Shown: piece by piece, positions 8,831-18,602 of the stretch
Position numbering within the stretch: position 1 is the first letter of the stretch
Layout of the letters: each line of letters starts with the position of its first letter
Source: a virus
Taxonomy: Duplodnaviria; Heunggongvirae; Uroviricota; Caudoviricetes
Direction: 5' to 3' (one strand)
DNA length: 39,002 nucleotides
IMG/VR virus record: IMGVR_UViG_3300005512_005684
Location: 1-39,002 of that record
The notes under the pieces: model-generated
Told to the model about the DNA's origin: nothing
Seen by the model: the letters and a program-made list of their open reading frames with translations, nothing else
Databases searched by the model: none
Made by a program: the position numbers and the translations under genes

Positions 8831-9259
8831 ATGGCAAAGCCAGTCAATCTGCAACGGTACGAAGGACGTGTGATCCAAGGTATGCGAGGTGCAGCTAGGT
8901 CAAGTGGTAACTCGTCTCAGGGTGGGATTACAATTGCTTCGATCAGAAAGGATGTCCATGCGTACGAGGTACGAAGCGATCTCGACGTGGAGCGGTTGAA
9001 GAGGGCGTGTGAAGACGGGGAAGTTGACTTGAGCAAGACAGCTATGCGTGCTGTGGAAGCTGGAACGAAGGTGGAATCTCATGGGAAGGTGTGTCTTGGA
9101 GAGGAAGACTGCTATCGTGTGCTTCGGGAAAAGCCAGGACACTTTCTGCTACTTCGTTCTGAGGAAAAGGTGAAGACGGCGCGTCGAAGGAAGGGTGGGT
9201 GTCGGAGTTGTGGTCGCTCGAAGTTCAAGTCTCAGGTACGTGACGCCAGGGTACGGTAA
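8831..9259 (+). CDS. Hypothetical basic protein with C-terminal GGCRSCG
   Basis: AGGAG RBS; stop overlaps the next start. Confidence 0.75.
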   Translation: MAKPVNLQRYEGRVIQGMRGAARSSGNSSQGGITIASIRKDVHAYEVRSDLDVERLKRACEDGEVDLSKTAMRAVEAGTKVESHGKVCLGEEDCYRVLREKPGHFLLLRSEEKVKTARRRKGGCRSCGRSKFKSQVRDARVR

Positions 9260-9978
9260 TGACCATACCCGTTTTGATAATCAGTCGGGATAGGGTGACA
9301 CCGCTTCGGAAGCTCGTGGGATTCCTGAAGCGTGTGTCCTATCCGTTGCGTATTGTCATTGTCGATAACGCTTCGACCTTCCCCGAATTGCTGGACTACT
9401 ATCAAGAGTGTGGAGTAGAGGTTCGGTATCTGGGTTACAACGCAGGAAGTCGCGGGCTCTGGAATACAGGGGTGATTGGGGAGTTGTGTCGGGAGTGTGG
9501 AACGGAGTATCACATTGTCTCTGACTCGGATGTCTTCCCGGACGAAGAGTGTCCACTGGACGTAATTGAACACCTCAAAGAATTCAAGGATCGGTACCGA
9601 AGTCTCATACGCATCGGCCTGGGACTCCGCATTGATGATTTGCCGGAGCACGAATTCAAAGCCAGGATACGGAAGTGGGAGAGTCGGTACTGGGAGGAAA
9701 GGATTTGCGAGGGTCTCTTTAAGGCTGGAGTGGCGACGACCTTTGCTCTTTACCGGGGAGTTAAGACAGAGTTTCCGGGAGTGGACTACGGAGGTCGAAC
9801 AGACTTCCCGTACGTTGCTAGACATTGGCCGTGGTACGAGCCTTTGAGTAATGAAGAGTTTTACTTTGCGATTCATGCCGATGAAGTCTTGTCTGCTCCC
9901 AAGGGGATTGCTGGAATGTCAACGAGCGTGAAGCGTCTTAGAGAGCATGGGTATGTTGACAAGGTGAAGCCAACTTGA
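9259..9978 (+). CDS. Glycosyltransferase family 2 protein
   Basis: PVLIISRDR, IVIVDNAST, HIVSDSDV (DxD). Confidence 0.85.
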   Translation: MTIPVLIISRDRVTPLRKLVGFLKRVSYPLRIVIVDNASTFPELLDYYQECGVEVRYLGYNAGSRGLWNTGVIGELCRECGTEYHIVSDSDVFPDEECPLDVIEHLKEFKDRYRSLIRIGLGLRIDDLPEHEFKARIRKWESRYWEERICEGLFKAGVATTFALYRGVKTEFPGVDYGGRTDFPYVARHWPWYEPLSNEEFYFAIHADEVLSAPKGIAGMSTSVKRLREHGYVDKVKPT

Positions 9979-10493
9979 TGGACACTGCCAATTACGTCAA
10001 ACAATTCGGGGCGACAAGATACGCGGAGATTGGGTGTCACAAAGGAGCCACTACGCTCAGGGTTGCTCGTGTGCTTCCCAAGGGGAGCAAGGTCTACCTT
10101 TTCGACTTTCAGGAAAATGTTGAGAGTGTGGCCAAGCTGTTAGAGCCGTTTACAGGGATTACGGTTCATGTCTGTGGGAACAGTCACAAGGCACGTGACT
10201 CGTACTGCTGGAACTTGCTCCGGCTGATAACCAAGGGGAAAAGGCTTTTCGATTACGTTTACCTGGACGGTTCACATGACTTTACTTTCGATGCGTTGGC
10301 CTTTTATCTGGTGGATCGGTTGCTGGTGAACGGAGGGCATATCGAGTTTGACGACTACAACTGGACGTATGCCAGGTCACCTACGATAGACTCAGAGTTG
10401 GTGCAAGCGATCTATACGGAAGCCCAGGCAGTAACACCTCACGTAAAACTGATTGTTAAGTGGCTTGTTAAGCGTCACCCGGATTACCGGTAG
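9978..10493 (+). CDS. Class I SAM-dependent methyltransferase (Methyltransf_24-like)
   Basis: YAEIGCHKGAT, FDYVYLDGSH, GGHIEFDDY. Confidence 0.85.
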   Translation: MDTANYVKQFGATRYAEIGCHKGATTLRVARVLPKGSKVYLFDFQENVESVAKLLEPFTGITVHVCGNSHKARDSYCWNLLRLITKGKRLFDYVYLDGSHDFTFDALAFYLVDRLLVNGGHIEFDDYNWTYARSPTIDSELVQAIYTEAQAVTPHVKLIVKWLVKRHPDYR

Positions 10494-10631
10494 GTCGTTG
10501 ACGGACGGGTTTTCAAGCGGGTTGTGGAATGAAAGAATGGTGCCGCTCAGGTGGTGGACGGGACGGAATTGGTTGAGTATAATTTGGGTGAAAAAGGTGG
10601 GCTTAAATCACACTGACAGGAGGTTCTTGGT

Positions 10632-10970
10632 ATGGGACTTACCGTTCTTACGGCGATCAATATCGCTACGTCTGAAGTTGAAGTGGGTACGATGCAGAGC
10701 GGTGGCGAGGGCAAGTGGAGCTTCGCCATCGTTTACGGTGCAGGACACCACCACGCCGGTATGCCCCTGATTTCTACAGAGAGCGTATTCGAGACGAAAG
10801 AGGAAGCAGAGGGGAAGGCGCAGGAAATTATCGACGAGTGCAAGCGTTACCTGGAGGAAGAGTGTGGGGGAGACCCGTTGGCTCCAGCGATTGAAGCTGG
10901 CCTGGCCCCAGAGGACGCGAATGCCGTGCGCCAGGTTGTGAGTTCAAGTCAAGAGGGGAGGGGACGATGA
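10632..10970 (+). CDS. Hypothetical protein
   Basis: ACAGGAGG RBS; coupled to the next gene. Confidence 0.75.
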   Translation: MGLTVLTAINIATSEVEVGTMQSGGEGKWSFAIVYGAGHHHAGMPLISTESVFETKEEAEGKAQEIIDECKRYLEEECGGDPLAPAIEAGLAPEDANAVRQVVSSSQEGRGR

Positions 10971-11428
10971 CCGCAGAGAAACTGAAAGAGTTGATTGAGG
11001 ATTCTCAGCAAGAACAACAGAGGAACATGGACATTCAGAATGGTCGTGCGACGGGGCCTTACCAGAACGAGTGCTTCGTGGCAATGATCGAGGTGGTCTA
11101 TGAGTTTTTGGAAGGTGTCACCATTCGTCAGCAAGAGATTGCTGAGTTTGACGCGGCCATAACCGCGAATGACCTGAGTCTCTCTTCCTCTACCTATGAG
11201 AGTATGTCGGTGACGATGACTGGTCGGGTGCTCGTGGATGGTGACTTGTGGATTCATTCGGCGAAGCTGGAGGTTCATGGTGACGTGTGGGTGACAGGGA
11301 GTGTACGTGTGAGAGGTGGTGAGGCACTTGGCACCGGCAAGCTCATAGTCCACGGTTCGTGTCGGGTCGATGGTGAATCAGATTGCTCTGATTTCGCTCT
11401 CTTGGAGGTGGAGAGAGTTGTGGACTGA
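10967..11428 (+). CDS. Hypothetical protein with C-terminal Gly/Val beta-helix-like repeats
   Basis: VLVDGDLWI...LEVHGDVWVTGSVRVRG...LIVHGSCRVDG; ATGA overlap. Confidence 0.65.
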   Translation: MTAEKLKELIEDSQQEQQRNMDIQNGRATGPYQNECFVAMIEVVYEFLEGVTIRQQEIAEFDAAITANDLSLSSSTYESMSVTMTGRVLVDGDLWIHSAKLEVHGDVWVTGSVRVRGGEALGTGKLIVHGSCRVDGESDCSDFALLEVERVVD

Positions 11429-11600
11429 GGATGACCAAGAGGACTACAGGAAGTTGAAGCACAAGAGAGACTACGGACCGTCACCGTTGTCGGTGTCGGA
11501 GCTACGTCGGATGGTAGAACTGGAGCTTGCGTTACAAAAGGTGCGTGAGGCTCAGGTAGCTTGTGGTGCGTGTCCCGAGGTGTTCGTACGGAAGGGATAG
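11370..11600 (+). CDS. Hypothetical small protein (true start probably ~11418)
   Basis: Fills the gap between neighbours; C-terminal CGAC. Confidence 0.45.
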   Translation: MVNQIALISLSWRWRELWTEDDQEDYRKLKHKRDYGPSPLSVSELRRMVELELALQKVREAQVACGACPEVFVRKG

Positions 11601-11604
11601 AAAG

Positions 11605-12243
11605 ATGCCTGAAAGACCTGACATCAAACTTGACGACGACGCGTTGGTAAACTCGTTGATCGGTGCCGCAGGACATACACTGGTCGTTGAGTTCTCGTGG
11701 GGTGGCGGTGCCGCCTATGATCGGGTTGAGAGAGATATGAACCACTGCGGCTATCTTGACGAGCTTCGATGGCGTCTCCGCCAGGCTCGGAAGTCTGACA
11801 GAGCAACGGTGACGAGTGGTGAGTTGATCCGCGGTGACGGACTGATCTTGACTAAGGAGTCCGGGGATATTGGAGATCAGATGATCGTTACTGAGAGTCA
11901 CGGAGAACACGAGGTGTGGCTCTTGGCGGGACGCAATCCGATCTGGTACCGGCGAATAGCCACGTGTGAGTGTCTGAATCATGCTTTGGGGATCGCGTGT
12001 GGTACGATTCCTGAATCGAAGCCGAGAATGCAAAAGGTTCAGTTCGAGTTTGCGGTCGAGGAAGTGGAAAGAATTCGACAGTTACAGGCAAAGCTCAAGC
12101 TCCCGACGATGGTATCCGTCGTTCGCCGGGCGTTGAACTTCATGTGGGATATGGCGACCGCGTTGGAAGAGGGGAAGGAACTCTATGTCGAGGAAGCGGA
12201 CGGGAGCCGTACCAAAGTTCTACTCGGCAATCTCAGGGGGTAG
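11605..12243 (+). CDS. Protein with C-terminal ribbon-helix-helix-like DNA-binding domain
   Basis: KVQFEF-AVEEVERIRQL...TMVSVVRRAL has a strand-helix-helix pattern. Confidence 0.6.
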   Translation: MPERPDIKLDDDALVNSLIGAAGHTLVVEFSWGGGAAYDRVERDMNHCGYLDELRWRLRQARKSDRATVTSGELIRGDGLILTKESGDIGDQMIVTESHGEHEVWLLAGRNPIWYRRIATCECLNHALGIACGTIPESKPRMQKVQFEFAVEEVERIRQLQAKLKLPTMVSVVRRALNFMWDMATALEEGKELYVEEADGSRTKVLLGNLRG

Positions 12244-12245
12244 TC

Positions 12246-12611
12246 ATGTTCCATAGAGCCTTGTTTACGTTCGGGCCATTTGTCATTGTGATCGGATCAT
12301 GCTTACAGATGGCAGAGGTTGTCTCCAGGGGTGTGGCGGCAATCGTTTGTTTGATCGGGCTTGTCATGATGATTGCTGGTATCTTCCTTCGGAATGAAAG
12401 CGAGAGGAAGGAAAGGGAAGCGCTCGACAAGTCCCTTGATGCAGAGGACGAGTTACGCCACTTGCTTTTGATGATCAGGGAAACCGACGATGGGAAAGCC
12501 CTTGAGAATCTTTCGGATGCCGGGGCACGTTTGGTTTCGGAATCTAAGCGTATCATCCGGGAGAATGGTTATCCGAATCACTGGAGAACTGGAACACGAG
12601 GGTCGCGATAA
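12246..12611 (+). CDS. Membrane protein with two N-terminal TM helices
   Basis: Two hydrophobic segments then a charged helical tail; CAGGGGG RBS. Confidence 0.7.
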   Translation: MFHRALFTFGPFVIVIGSCLQMAEVVSRGVAAIVCLIGLVMMIAGIFLRNESERKEREALDKSLDAEDELRHLLLMIRETDDGKALENLSDAGARLVSESKRIIRENGYPNHWRTGTRGSR

Positions 12612-12844
12612 TGGCTGCTGAGAAAAGCAAGAAAACGACGGTCTATGTACTTCACGATCAACATAGTGGAACTTCCATCGACGGTGTGGTAACAGACAAG
12701 TCCGTGGCCACGAAGTGGAAGGCCGTTGATCCGTCCTACCGATTCGTTGTGGAGGTTAAACTGGACGACAAGAGCACCGTCCAGAAAATCCTGCTTGAGT
12801 GGACGGCAACGTATGACATAGAACTGGGGGACGGTGACGACTAA
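12611..12844 (+). CDS. Hypothetical protein
   Basis: TAATG coupling with the previous gene. Confidence 0.7.
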   Translation: MAAEKSKKTTVYVLHDQHSGTSIDGVVTDKSVATKWKAVDPSYRFVVEVKLDDKSTVQKILLEWTATYDIELGDGDD

Positions 12845-12855
12845 AGGAGAGTACC

Positions 12856-13122
12856 TTGGCCGGAAAGGGAGATTCACCGAGACCTTACGACGTGCGTAAG
12901 TGGTCAGATGGTTTCGACAGGATAGATTGGGGGAGGAAGAAACGTGAAGGTGCGAGGCGCAATACTTCGGGACAAGCACGGATGGCCGGTCGAAGGCGTA
13001 AAGGGAAGATGGTTTCTGAATCTACTCCGCGCCGTAATACACATGAATCTTTGGCAGACCTGGAGCCGACGGAAGAAAGGTTACCCAAAGGTAAGCGGAC
13101 CCGTGCCCGGAGCGCAGACTGA
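12856..13122 (+). CDS. Small basic phage-type protein (MAGKGDSPRP...FDRIDW)
   Basis: AAGGAG RBS + TTG; N-terminus resembles a recurrent small phage peptide; C-terminal half overlaps the alternative ORF 12944-13135. Confidence 0.5.
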   Translation: MAGKGDSPRPYDVRKWSDGFDRIDWGRKKREGARRNTSGQARMAGRRRKGKMVSESTPRRNTHESLADLEPTEERLPKGKRTRARSAD

Positions 13123-13131
13123 GGTCAAGGA

Positions 13132-14148
13132 ATGAGTGAATCGCCTGGCGCAATTCCACGGATGCGACGGAGACAGATCAGAGGTGCACTTGGGGTTGGC
13201 GGTGATACGTTGGACACGTGGCATAGGGAAGGAAAGCTCTGCCCATTCCCCACGCTTTCAACGGTGAGTCTTGAGAGTATCGAGGAAGACGTGGTGAGTG
13301 GACTGGCTCCCCCAGAGCCGTTCATTGCCAAAGACAGTAGTGTGGCATCATTCGGGAGTTGCTTTTCTCAGCATGTTGTCACCCATCTTCGAGATCACGG
13401 CTATGCGATCAATGAGGGAGAGACCAAGCGTCTCCATTCCTTTGTGATCTCGACGAACATGGTAAATACCTTTACCCTTCGTCAGCAATTCGAGTGGGTG
13501 TATGAGGGGAGGTACCCGGAGAATGTCTGGTACGTGAAGCTGGCTGAAGCTGAAGAGGTCACGTCCGTTGCGTTCGCGGACGGTTCTAAGGCTTATCGAG
13601 CGCGGCAAAGACAGATGACGCTCCTGGAGGATGACGAGGACGTGCGCCGCGAGACACGTAAGATTTTCGACTCGATTGACGTGTTTGTATTCACACTTGG
13701 ACTTTCGGAGATATGGTACAACAGAGTTAATGGTGGTGTGTTCGTCGGAGCAGTGCCGGAGTCCGTTTACGTGGTGGGCAATCATGGCTTCCGTGTCAGT
13801 CGTGTCTCTGAGAATGTCGCCAACCTGGAGGCCATGTACGCGTTGATTCGCGAGCATAATCCTAGTGCCAGGATCATCGTAGCCGTGTCTCCAGTACCGC
13901 TCTTATTCACGTTTAGGAAGATTGCTCCGGTGCCGGCGAATGAAGCGTCAAAGGCGGTTGTGAGAGCCGCGGCTGACGAGTTCGTGGAAGGGAAGGAAAA
14001 CGTGTACTACTGGCCGAGTTATGAGATTGTTCGCTACTGGTACATGCTTGGTAAGAATCCGTATGCGAGAGACAACCGGCATGTGCGGAAAGAGGTGGTG
14101 AAACTGATCATGACTCTCTTCGATAAGCACTATTTGACAGGGAGCTAG
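13132..14148 (+). CDS. GSCFA domain protein (SGNH-like)
   Basis: SFGSCFSQH, FTLGLSEIW, VSPVPL..TF, SKA, YWPSYE, DNRHV. Confidence 0.85.
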   Translation: MSESPGAIPRMRRRQIRGALGVGGDTLDTWHREGKLCPFPTLSTVSLESIEEDVVSGLAPPEPFIAKDSSVASFGSCFSQHVVTHLRDHGYAINEGETKRLHSFVISTNMVNTFTLRQQFEWVYEGRYPENVWYVKLAEAEEVTSVAFADGSKAYRARQRQMTLLEDDEDVRRETRKIFDSIDVFVFTLGLSEIWYNRVNGGVFVGAVPESVYVVGNHGFRVSRVSENVANLEAMYALIREHNPSARIIVAVSPVPLLFTFRKIAPVPANEASKAVVRAAADEFVEGKENVYYWPSYEIVRYWYMLGKNPYARDNRHVRKEVVKLIMTLFDKHYLTGS

Positions 14149-14150
14149 GT

Positions 14151-14381
14151 ATGTCGAGATCACGAATTGTCGTTATGAATGCCGAGATTCCGATTGATCC
14201 GAAGTGGCTTGCTCAGTCCGAGTTCATGGCGGAGCAGGAACAAGATGGAACATGGGAGTTGTTCAAGGATCGAAACAATGCTCTTGCGGGGGGTCTCGCT
14301 GAGGAAGAGATATTCGACTTGGTTAGTGACAACATACCGTTGAAGGAAGCTGAATATGGAGACGAAGTGGACGGAACCTGA
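14151..14381 (+). CDS. Hypothetical acidic protein
   Basis: ACAGGGAG RBS. Confidence 0.65.
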   Translation: MSRSRIVVMNAEIPIDPKWLAQSEFMAEQEQDGTWELFKDRNNALAGGLAEEEIFDLVSDNIPLKEAEYGDEVDGT

Positions 14382-14796
14382 CGAGCAAGGTCGTAGGTGG
14401 AATCATGGCGACGAAGATATGATGTTGCGGGGAATCTCGCACTTGGTCGGGCGTGTGGTCACGGACTCTATGCTTCCGTTGTCCACGTGTTGCGAGTGGA
14501 ACTTGAAGCAGGGTGTAGTCTTCCTCTCGTACACCTACGAAGAAATCATTGGGGATTGTACACAAGGTAAGCCGAAATGGAGAGTGATAGGCTGCGGGCC
14601 TGGCGGTTGGGTAGAGATCGAGTGGTGTCCATTGTGTGGCACCAAACTGCCGGACGTAGAGTTCAAGTCTGAGCTTACAGGGGAGCGTCAGATACGACGT
14701 GTGATAGACGGTGGGTACTACTGTGATACGTGTGGTGAACGGTTACACGGATGCAGTTGTCTTGATCCTGCTATGCAATGGGAGGCTGTGAAATGA
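14356..14796 (+). CDS. Cys-rich hypothetical protein (zinc-binding)
   Basis: WCPLCG and YYCDTCGERLHGCSC. Confidence 0.7.
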   Translation: METKWTEPDEQGRRWNHGDEDMMLRGISHLVGRVVTDSMLPLSTCCEWNLKQGVVFLSYTYEEIIGDCTQGKPKWRVIGCGPGGWVEIEWCPLCGTKLPDVEFKSELTGERQIRRVIDGGYYCDTCGERLHGCSCLDPAMQWEAVK

Positions 14797-15221
14797 GGTT
14801 AAAGGAGCGCCTTTTAGCGTCTCTCAGAACTGAAGATGGGCCATTCGAGCAGATGTTAGACGAGGTTCTGGATGTTCTGAATGAGGTAAAGAAAACGCTG
14901 GAAGAGAATGTTGGTGCCGCAAAAGTTGTTCTAGTTTGTAGTCGCTCGCAGTTGGACTACACTATGGACGTTGGTGTCGAGCCGTATTCGTTCGTAGTCT
15001 TTCGGTTGTCGCTCTCGTTTTCAACGGTGTATCCGGTTAAGGTGCATCGGTGTTTGGTAGACCAGACAGCCGTGGAAGTGTCCAACAGGGGAGAGCTTGA
15101 GAATGCGATAGCCGGTTGTTTTGCCGGAGAGAAATTGAAGCAGTTAATGGCGATTGTTCGTGCGGAATCTCGGAGACTACAGGATGCCGTGGCTACCAGT
15201 GCCCCCGGTGATCAAGTCTAG
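14793..15221 (+). CDS. Hypothetical protein
   Basis: GGAGG RBS; ATGA overlap. Confidence 0.7.
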   Translation: MRLKERLLASLRTEDGPFEQMLDEVLDVLNEVKKTLEENVGAAKVVLVCSRSQLDYTMDVGVEPYSFVVFRLSLSFSTVYPVKVHRCLVDQTAVEVSNRGELENAIAGCFAGEKLKQLMAIVRAESRRLQDAVATSAPGDQV

Positions 15222-15645
15222 TGTTCGGAAGCTATGTCTGACGCCGTACCACAATCATCCGAAAGGGTGTCCGAACTACGGGAAGAAAGAGGGTTGCCCA
15301 CCGGCTGCGAAGATGATCGGAGACGTGCTCGACCTGGGGCGCTCAATCTACGTGATCTACAACATCTTTCCTTTCGGTCGTCACGTCCGATTCATGAGGA
15401 AGCGACATCCTGAGTGGACGAAGTACCAGTTGCGTTGTGTCCTCTACTGGCAAGGAACGGCTCGAAGGCAACTCAAGAATGAGATAGGTCGGTTCTTACA
15501 GGAGTTTCCGAAGATGACCGTAGTGGTTACTCCCGAGGCGTGTGGCGTCAACGTGACGGCGACCATGAAGAAAGCCGGGATCGAATTGGAGTGGCCACCT
15601 AAGAGATTCGCATACCAAGTTGCTCTCGCGGGGTTTCCACAATGA
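15184..15645 (+). CDS. DUF2284-like predicted metal-binding protein
   Basis: VRKLC...CPNYGKK..CPP and PEACGVNVTATMKKAG. Confidence 0.7.
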   Translation: MPWLPVPPVIKSSVRKLCLTPYHNHPKGCPNYGKKEGCPPAAKMIGDVLDLGRSIYVIYNIFPFGRHVRFMRKRHPEWTKYQLRCVLYWQGTARRQLKNEIGRFLQEFPKMTVVVTPEACGVNVTATMKKAGIELEWPPKRFAYQVALAGFPQ

Positions 15646-16265
15646 TGGCAATCTTCAAGGGTTGGAAAATAGTCAACGAGCGAGCGTACCGCAAAGAGCG
15701 AAGGGAAGCTCTGAGGTTGGCTGCACGAGACGAGGATCTGGATATGTACGTCAACTGGCGTGTGTTACACAGGGGGAGTAAGTGGAACAAGAGCGACAAG
15801 TCGCACGTGACCTACTTCCTTGCGACCAAGTTAATATCCCGCGGGGACACGTACGAGGGTGTGGTCGAGTGTAACAAGTGCGACTACTGCGAAGTCCTGG
15901 AAGACTTGACGGATGGTGTCGGTGTGGTGGTGACGAACTATGCCGCTCACCGAATCATTGAACACTTGGATCGTCCGCCGCCAGATTTTGTGTCGTACTG
16001 CAATGTGAGGATGGCTGGACGACTGAAGACGACGAATGGAGGATGTCCGAACGCTGACGAGATTCTTGTCAGAGCTAGAGCAATGGGCTTGAAGTGTCCG
16101 AGGCTTACCTATGACAAGACACATGGGTGGACGCTGCGAGGGAAGGGGAAGGATGGAAACGGTGCACCCTTGGTCTGGAAGGTTGCCGAAGACCTTGGTC
16201 TGACTACCTGGCACGGTTGTGTTAGCAGCATTCAGATCGATCCAATGAAGTTGAAAGGCACATGA
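15642..16265 (+). CDS. Hypothetical protein
   Basis: 207-aa ORF with ATGA overlaps on both sides. Confidence 0.7.
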   Translation: MMAIFKGWKIVNERAYRKERREALRLAARDEDLDMYVNWRVLHRGSKWNKSDKSHVTYFLATKLISRGDTYEGVVECNKCDYCEVLEDLTDGVGVVVTNYAAHRIIEHLDRPPPDFVSYCNVRMAGRLKTTNGGCPNADEILVRARAMGLKCPRLTYDKTHGWTLRGKGKDGNGAPLVWKVAEDLGLTTWHGCVSSIQIDPMKLKGT

Positions 16266-16930
16266 TGCTGGAACTCAGTCGAGACGGTGTGACGTTTTAC
16301 CTACACCCGGAGTCGTGGAGTCATCTGGGTGTTCAGCGGCAGTATAGCGCCGGTTGGGAGATACGAGAAACCCAGTTCTTTCAGCGGTTTGCTGATTCGA
16401 CTAAGGTGGCCGTTGACGTGGGAGCGTGGTGTGGGGTACATACAGTGTTCCTGGCCAAGTTGTTTCGCCATGTGTACAGCTTCGAGCCGGATAGGTTTGC
16501 CATGAAAGACTTGCGCCTAAACGTTACCGCTAATGAGTTGGGCAACGTGACGGGTTGTGGGAAAGCCTTGACAGATAAGGACGGAGCAGTTGTGTTGAAC
16601 AACATACGTGGGGACTCGATGGCCAGTGTTAAGGACGTGGCCGGAAGAGGGAAGAGTGAATGGGTTGGGACGTGGACCTGGAATACGGCGGTCGAGGAGT
16701 TGGGGATTGAAAATGTCGGGTTGCTGAAGATAGACATAGAGGGGGCCGAAGATGTTCTGCTTCCGTCTATGTTTCAGTGGCTATGGGAATATAAACCGCC
16801 ATTGTCGGTGGCTTTCCATACCGAACTCGTAGAGGGGACAGTGATTCAGCGTCTCCGTGGGGTACTGGAAGATGTGTATGTACACGTGGATCGTACCGAG
16901 CGGATGTCAGACTTGTACTGGAGTGAGTAA
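16262..16930 (+). CDS. FkbM family methyltransferase
   Basis: VDVGAWCGVHT, VYSFEP, LLKIDIEGAE. Confidence 0.9.
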   Translation: MMLELSRDGVTFYLHPESWSHLGVQRQYSAGWEIRETQFFQRFADSTKVAVDVGAWCGVHTVFLAKLFRHVYSFEPDRFAMKDLRLNVTANELGNVTGCGKALTDKDGAVVLNNIRGDSMASVKDVAGRGKSEWVGTWTWNTAVEELGIENVGLLKIDIEGAEDVLLPSMFQWLWEYKPPLSVAFHTELVEGTVIQRLRGVLEDVYVHVDRTERMSDLYWSE

Positions 16931-17208
16931 TGAAAGACGTATTTCGTCCACACCAAGAGCCGGCGCGGTCGATCTATGATGCGTTCCAAGAGGAAGCTGA
17001 GAAACGCGAAGGGCGTTCGATTGAAGCGTGGCAAACCGCCGAAAAGAAAACTGTGTGGCAAGCCGCTCGTGACGCGGCGCAGCAAAGAGGTCTGAGAGTT
17101 CCTACGATGGAAGAGATAGAACGTGCGGAGTCGAGTGCGTGTGGTCATGTGGACTACGGGGCCAAGTGGGCATACGGAATTGTCGAAGCTATGAATCGTC
17201 CGAGTTAG
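16930..17208 (+). CDS. Hypothetical protein
   Basis: TAATG coupling; C-terminal GHVDYGAKWAYG. Confidence 0.75.
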   Translation: MKDVFRPHQEPARSIYDAFQEEAEKREGRSIEAWQTAEKKTVWQAARDAAQQRGLRVPTMEEIERAESSACGHVDYGAKWAYGIVEAMNRPS

Positions 17209-17217
17209 TCGGTCACT

Positions 17218-17574
17218 TTGGTAAAGAGGGAGAGTGACGTGAGACCGTTGTTCACGAATTACGATCCAGAGACAGGAACATTGACTATGCCTTTTCCGAA
17301 GGGTGAAGCTAGACGAGTCGTTCATTGTAAGAAAGCGTCTCACGACGTGTACATTGGTCGTCCGACGAAGTGGGAAAATCCGTTCAAGGTTGGCGAAGAC
17401 GGTACGCGAGAGGAAGTGATCGCCAAGTACCGTGATTGGCTTCAGACTCAGCCACATCTGTTGGCCGACCTGAGAGAACTCAAAGGGAAGGTGTTAGGTT
17501 GTTGGTGTGCTCCGAAGGCGTGTCACGGTGACGTTCTCGTGGAACTGGCTAACAGGGAGTCACAAAATGTCTAG
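17218..17574 (+). CDS. DUF4326 domain protein (start uncertain)
   Basis: VVHCKK..DVYIGRPTKWENPF...LRELKGKVLGCWCAPKACHGDVL. Confidence 0.85.
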   Translation: MVKRESDVRPLFTNYDPETGTLTMPFPKGEARRVVHCKKASHDVYIGRPTKWENPFKVGEDGTREEVIAKYRDWLQTQPHLLADLRELKGKVLGCWCAPKACHGDVLVELANRESQNV

Positions 17575-17758
17575 TGGGTGGATGTCTTTGGAAGCCGCAA
17601 TAGAACATGCGGAGAGTGTTGCACGAGCACATCCTCCAGGAACTTTGTGCGAGCAAGAACATGACCAATTATCTAAATGGCTAACGGAGCTTCGAGTTCG
17701 ACGCTCTGAGGACGAACAGTTGAGAGAGGATTGCTACTGCCATTTCGATCATGAGTGA
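17567..17758 (+). CDS. Small phage-type hypothetical protein
   Basis: ACAGGGAG RBS; MSLEAAIEHA...CEQEHDQLSKWLTEL. Confidence 0.7.
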   Translation: MSSGWMSLEAAIEHAESVARAHPPGTLCEQEHDQLSKWLTELRVRRSEDEQLREDCYCHFDHE

Positions 17759-18113
17759 ACGAGGAGTGGCTGATAGACAGGGAAGGAGGGTGTTGTGGGA
17801 AACGTCTTGGAAGCAGTTAAAGCAACTTTTGGAAGACTGTTTCGATGACCTAAATGCTCGTTGTCGGATAGATCGGGAGGGAGATTGAAATGACTCGCTA
17901 CGCTCGCTTTGCGTTCTTCATGCTCTTGGTGTTTCTCTCCGGGGTAATTGTCTGCGGTAACTTGTCTAAGTTGGTCAAGTCGTCAATGACCTACGAACCT
18001 TCGTGGGGGAAAGTGTGTTTTTCCTTGCTCCTTACCTTCATGTATGGCGTGGAGGTCTGCTAGGGAGGATTGTGGAAGGTGAAGTACGACGGGAACAGTT
18101 AGGAGAAATTCGT

Positions 18114-18602
18114 ATGAGAGAATCTCAGTACTTGGTAGATAAGTGTCAGGCACTTGCTCAGGTGATTTGTTTCTTTCGTGGTGAGCAGGGAAATTGGAGA
18201 GCGTCTGGGAGGGAAAAACGTTACGTTTTCTTGTCTCAGGTTGACTTTTGGGAGTGGGAGATTGACGTGTTGATCTATTCCTGCAACTCGTTTCTCAAGA
18301 GGTGTCAGTCTTGGAAATCGGGAACCAACACTTTCAAGAGCATGTTTGATACGTTGGGCATTCCGGTTAAAAATAGCGAGTTGCGGCAAGCAACGTTTTT
18401 TAGGGCATGTGACGAAGATGAGGTGGTAGCTCCTGTTGACAAGGTTAATGAAGTGATCGATGCGTGGAACGATTTGCTTGCACTTTGCGAGAGGACTTTG
18501 ATGAAGTCTAAGCGTCAGATAATTGTGGAAAGAGGACAGTATGGTGTTGTTATGATGGAAGACCTTGGCAAATACAGGAAAGAACGCTTGGAGGCGAAGT
18601 AA
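18114..18602 (+). CDS. Hypothetical protein
   Basis: AGGAG RBS before ATG 18114; TAATG coupling to the next gene. Confidence 0.65.
   Translation: MRESQYLVDKCQALAQVICFFRGEQGNWRASGREKRYVFLSQVDFWEWEIDVLIYSCNSFLKRCQSWKSGTNTFKSMFDTLGIPVKNSELRQATFFRACDEDEVVAPVDKVNEVIDAWNDLLALCERTLMKSKRQIIVERGQYGVVMMEDLGKYRKERLEAK

Noticed and set aside
6256-8903. 13-nt matches atgccgtggcgtg (6256/8402) and gcagctaggtcaa (8293/8891)
   Set aside because: About ten 13-mer pair matches are expected by chance in 39 kb
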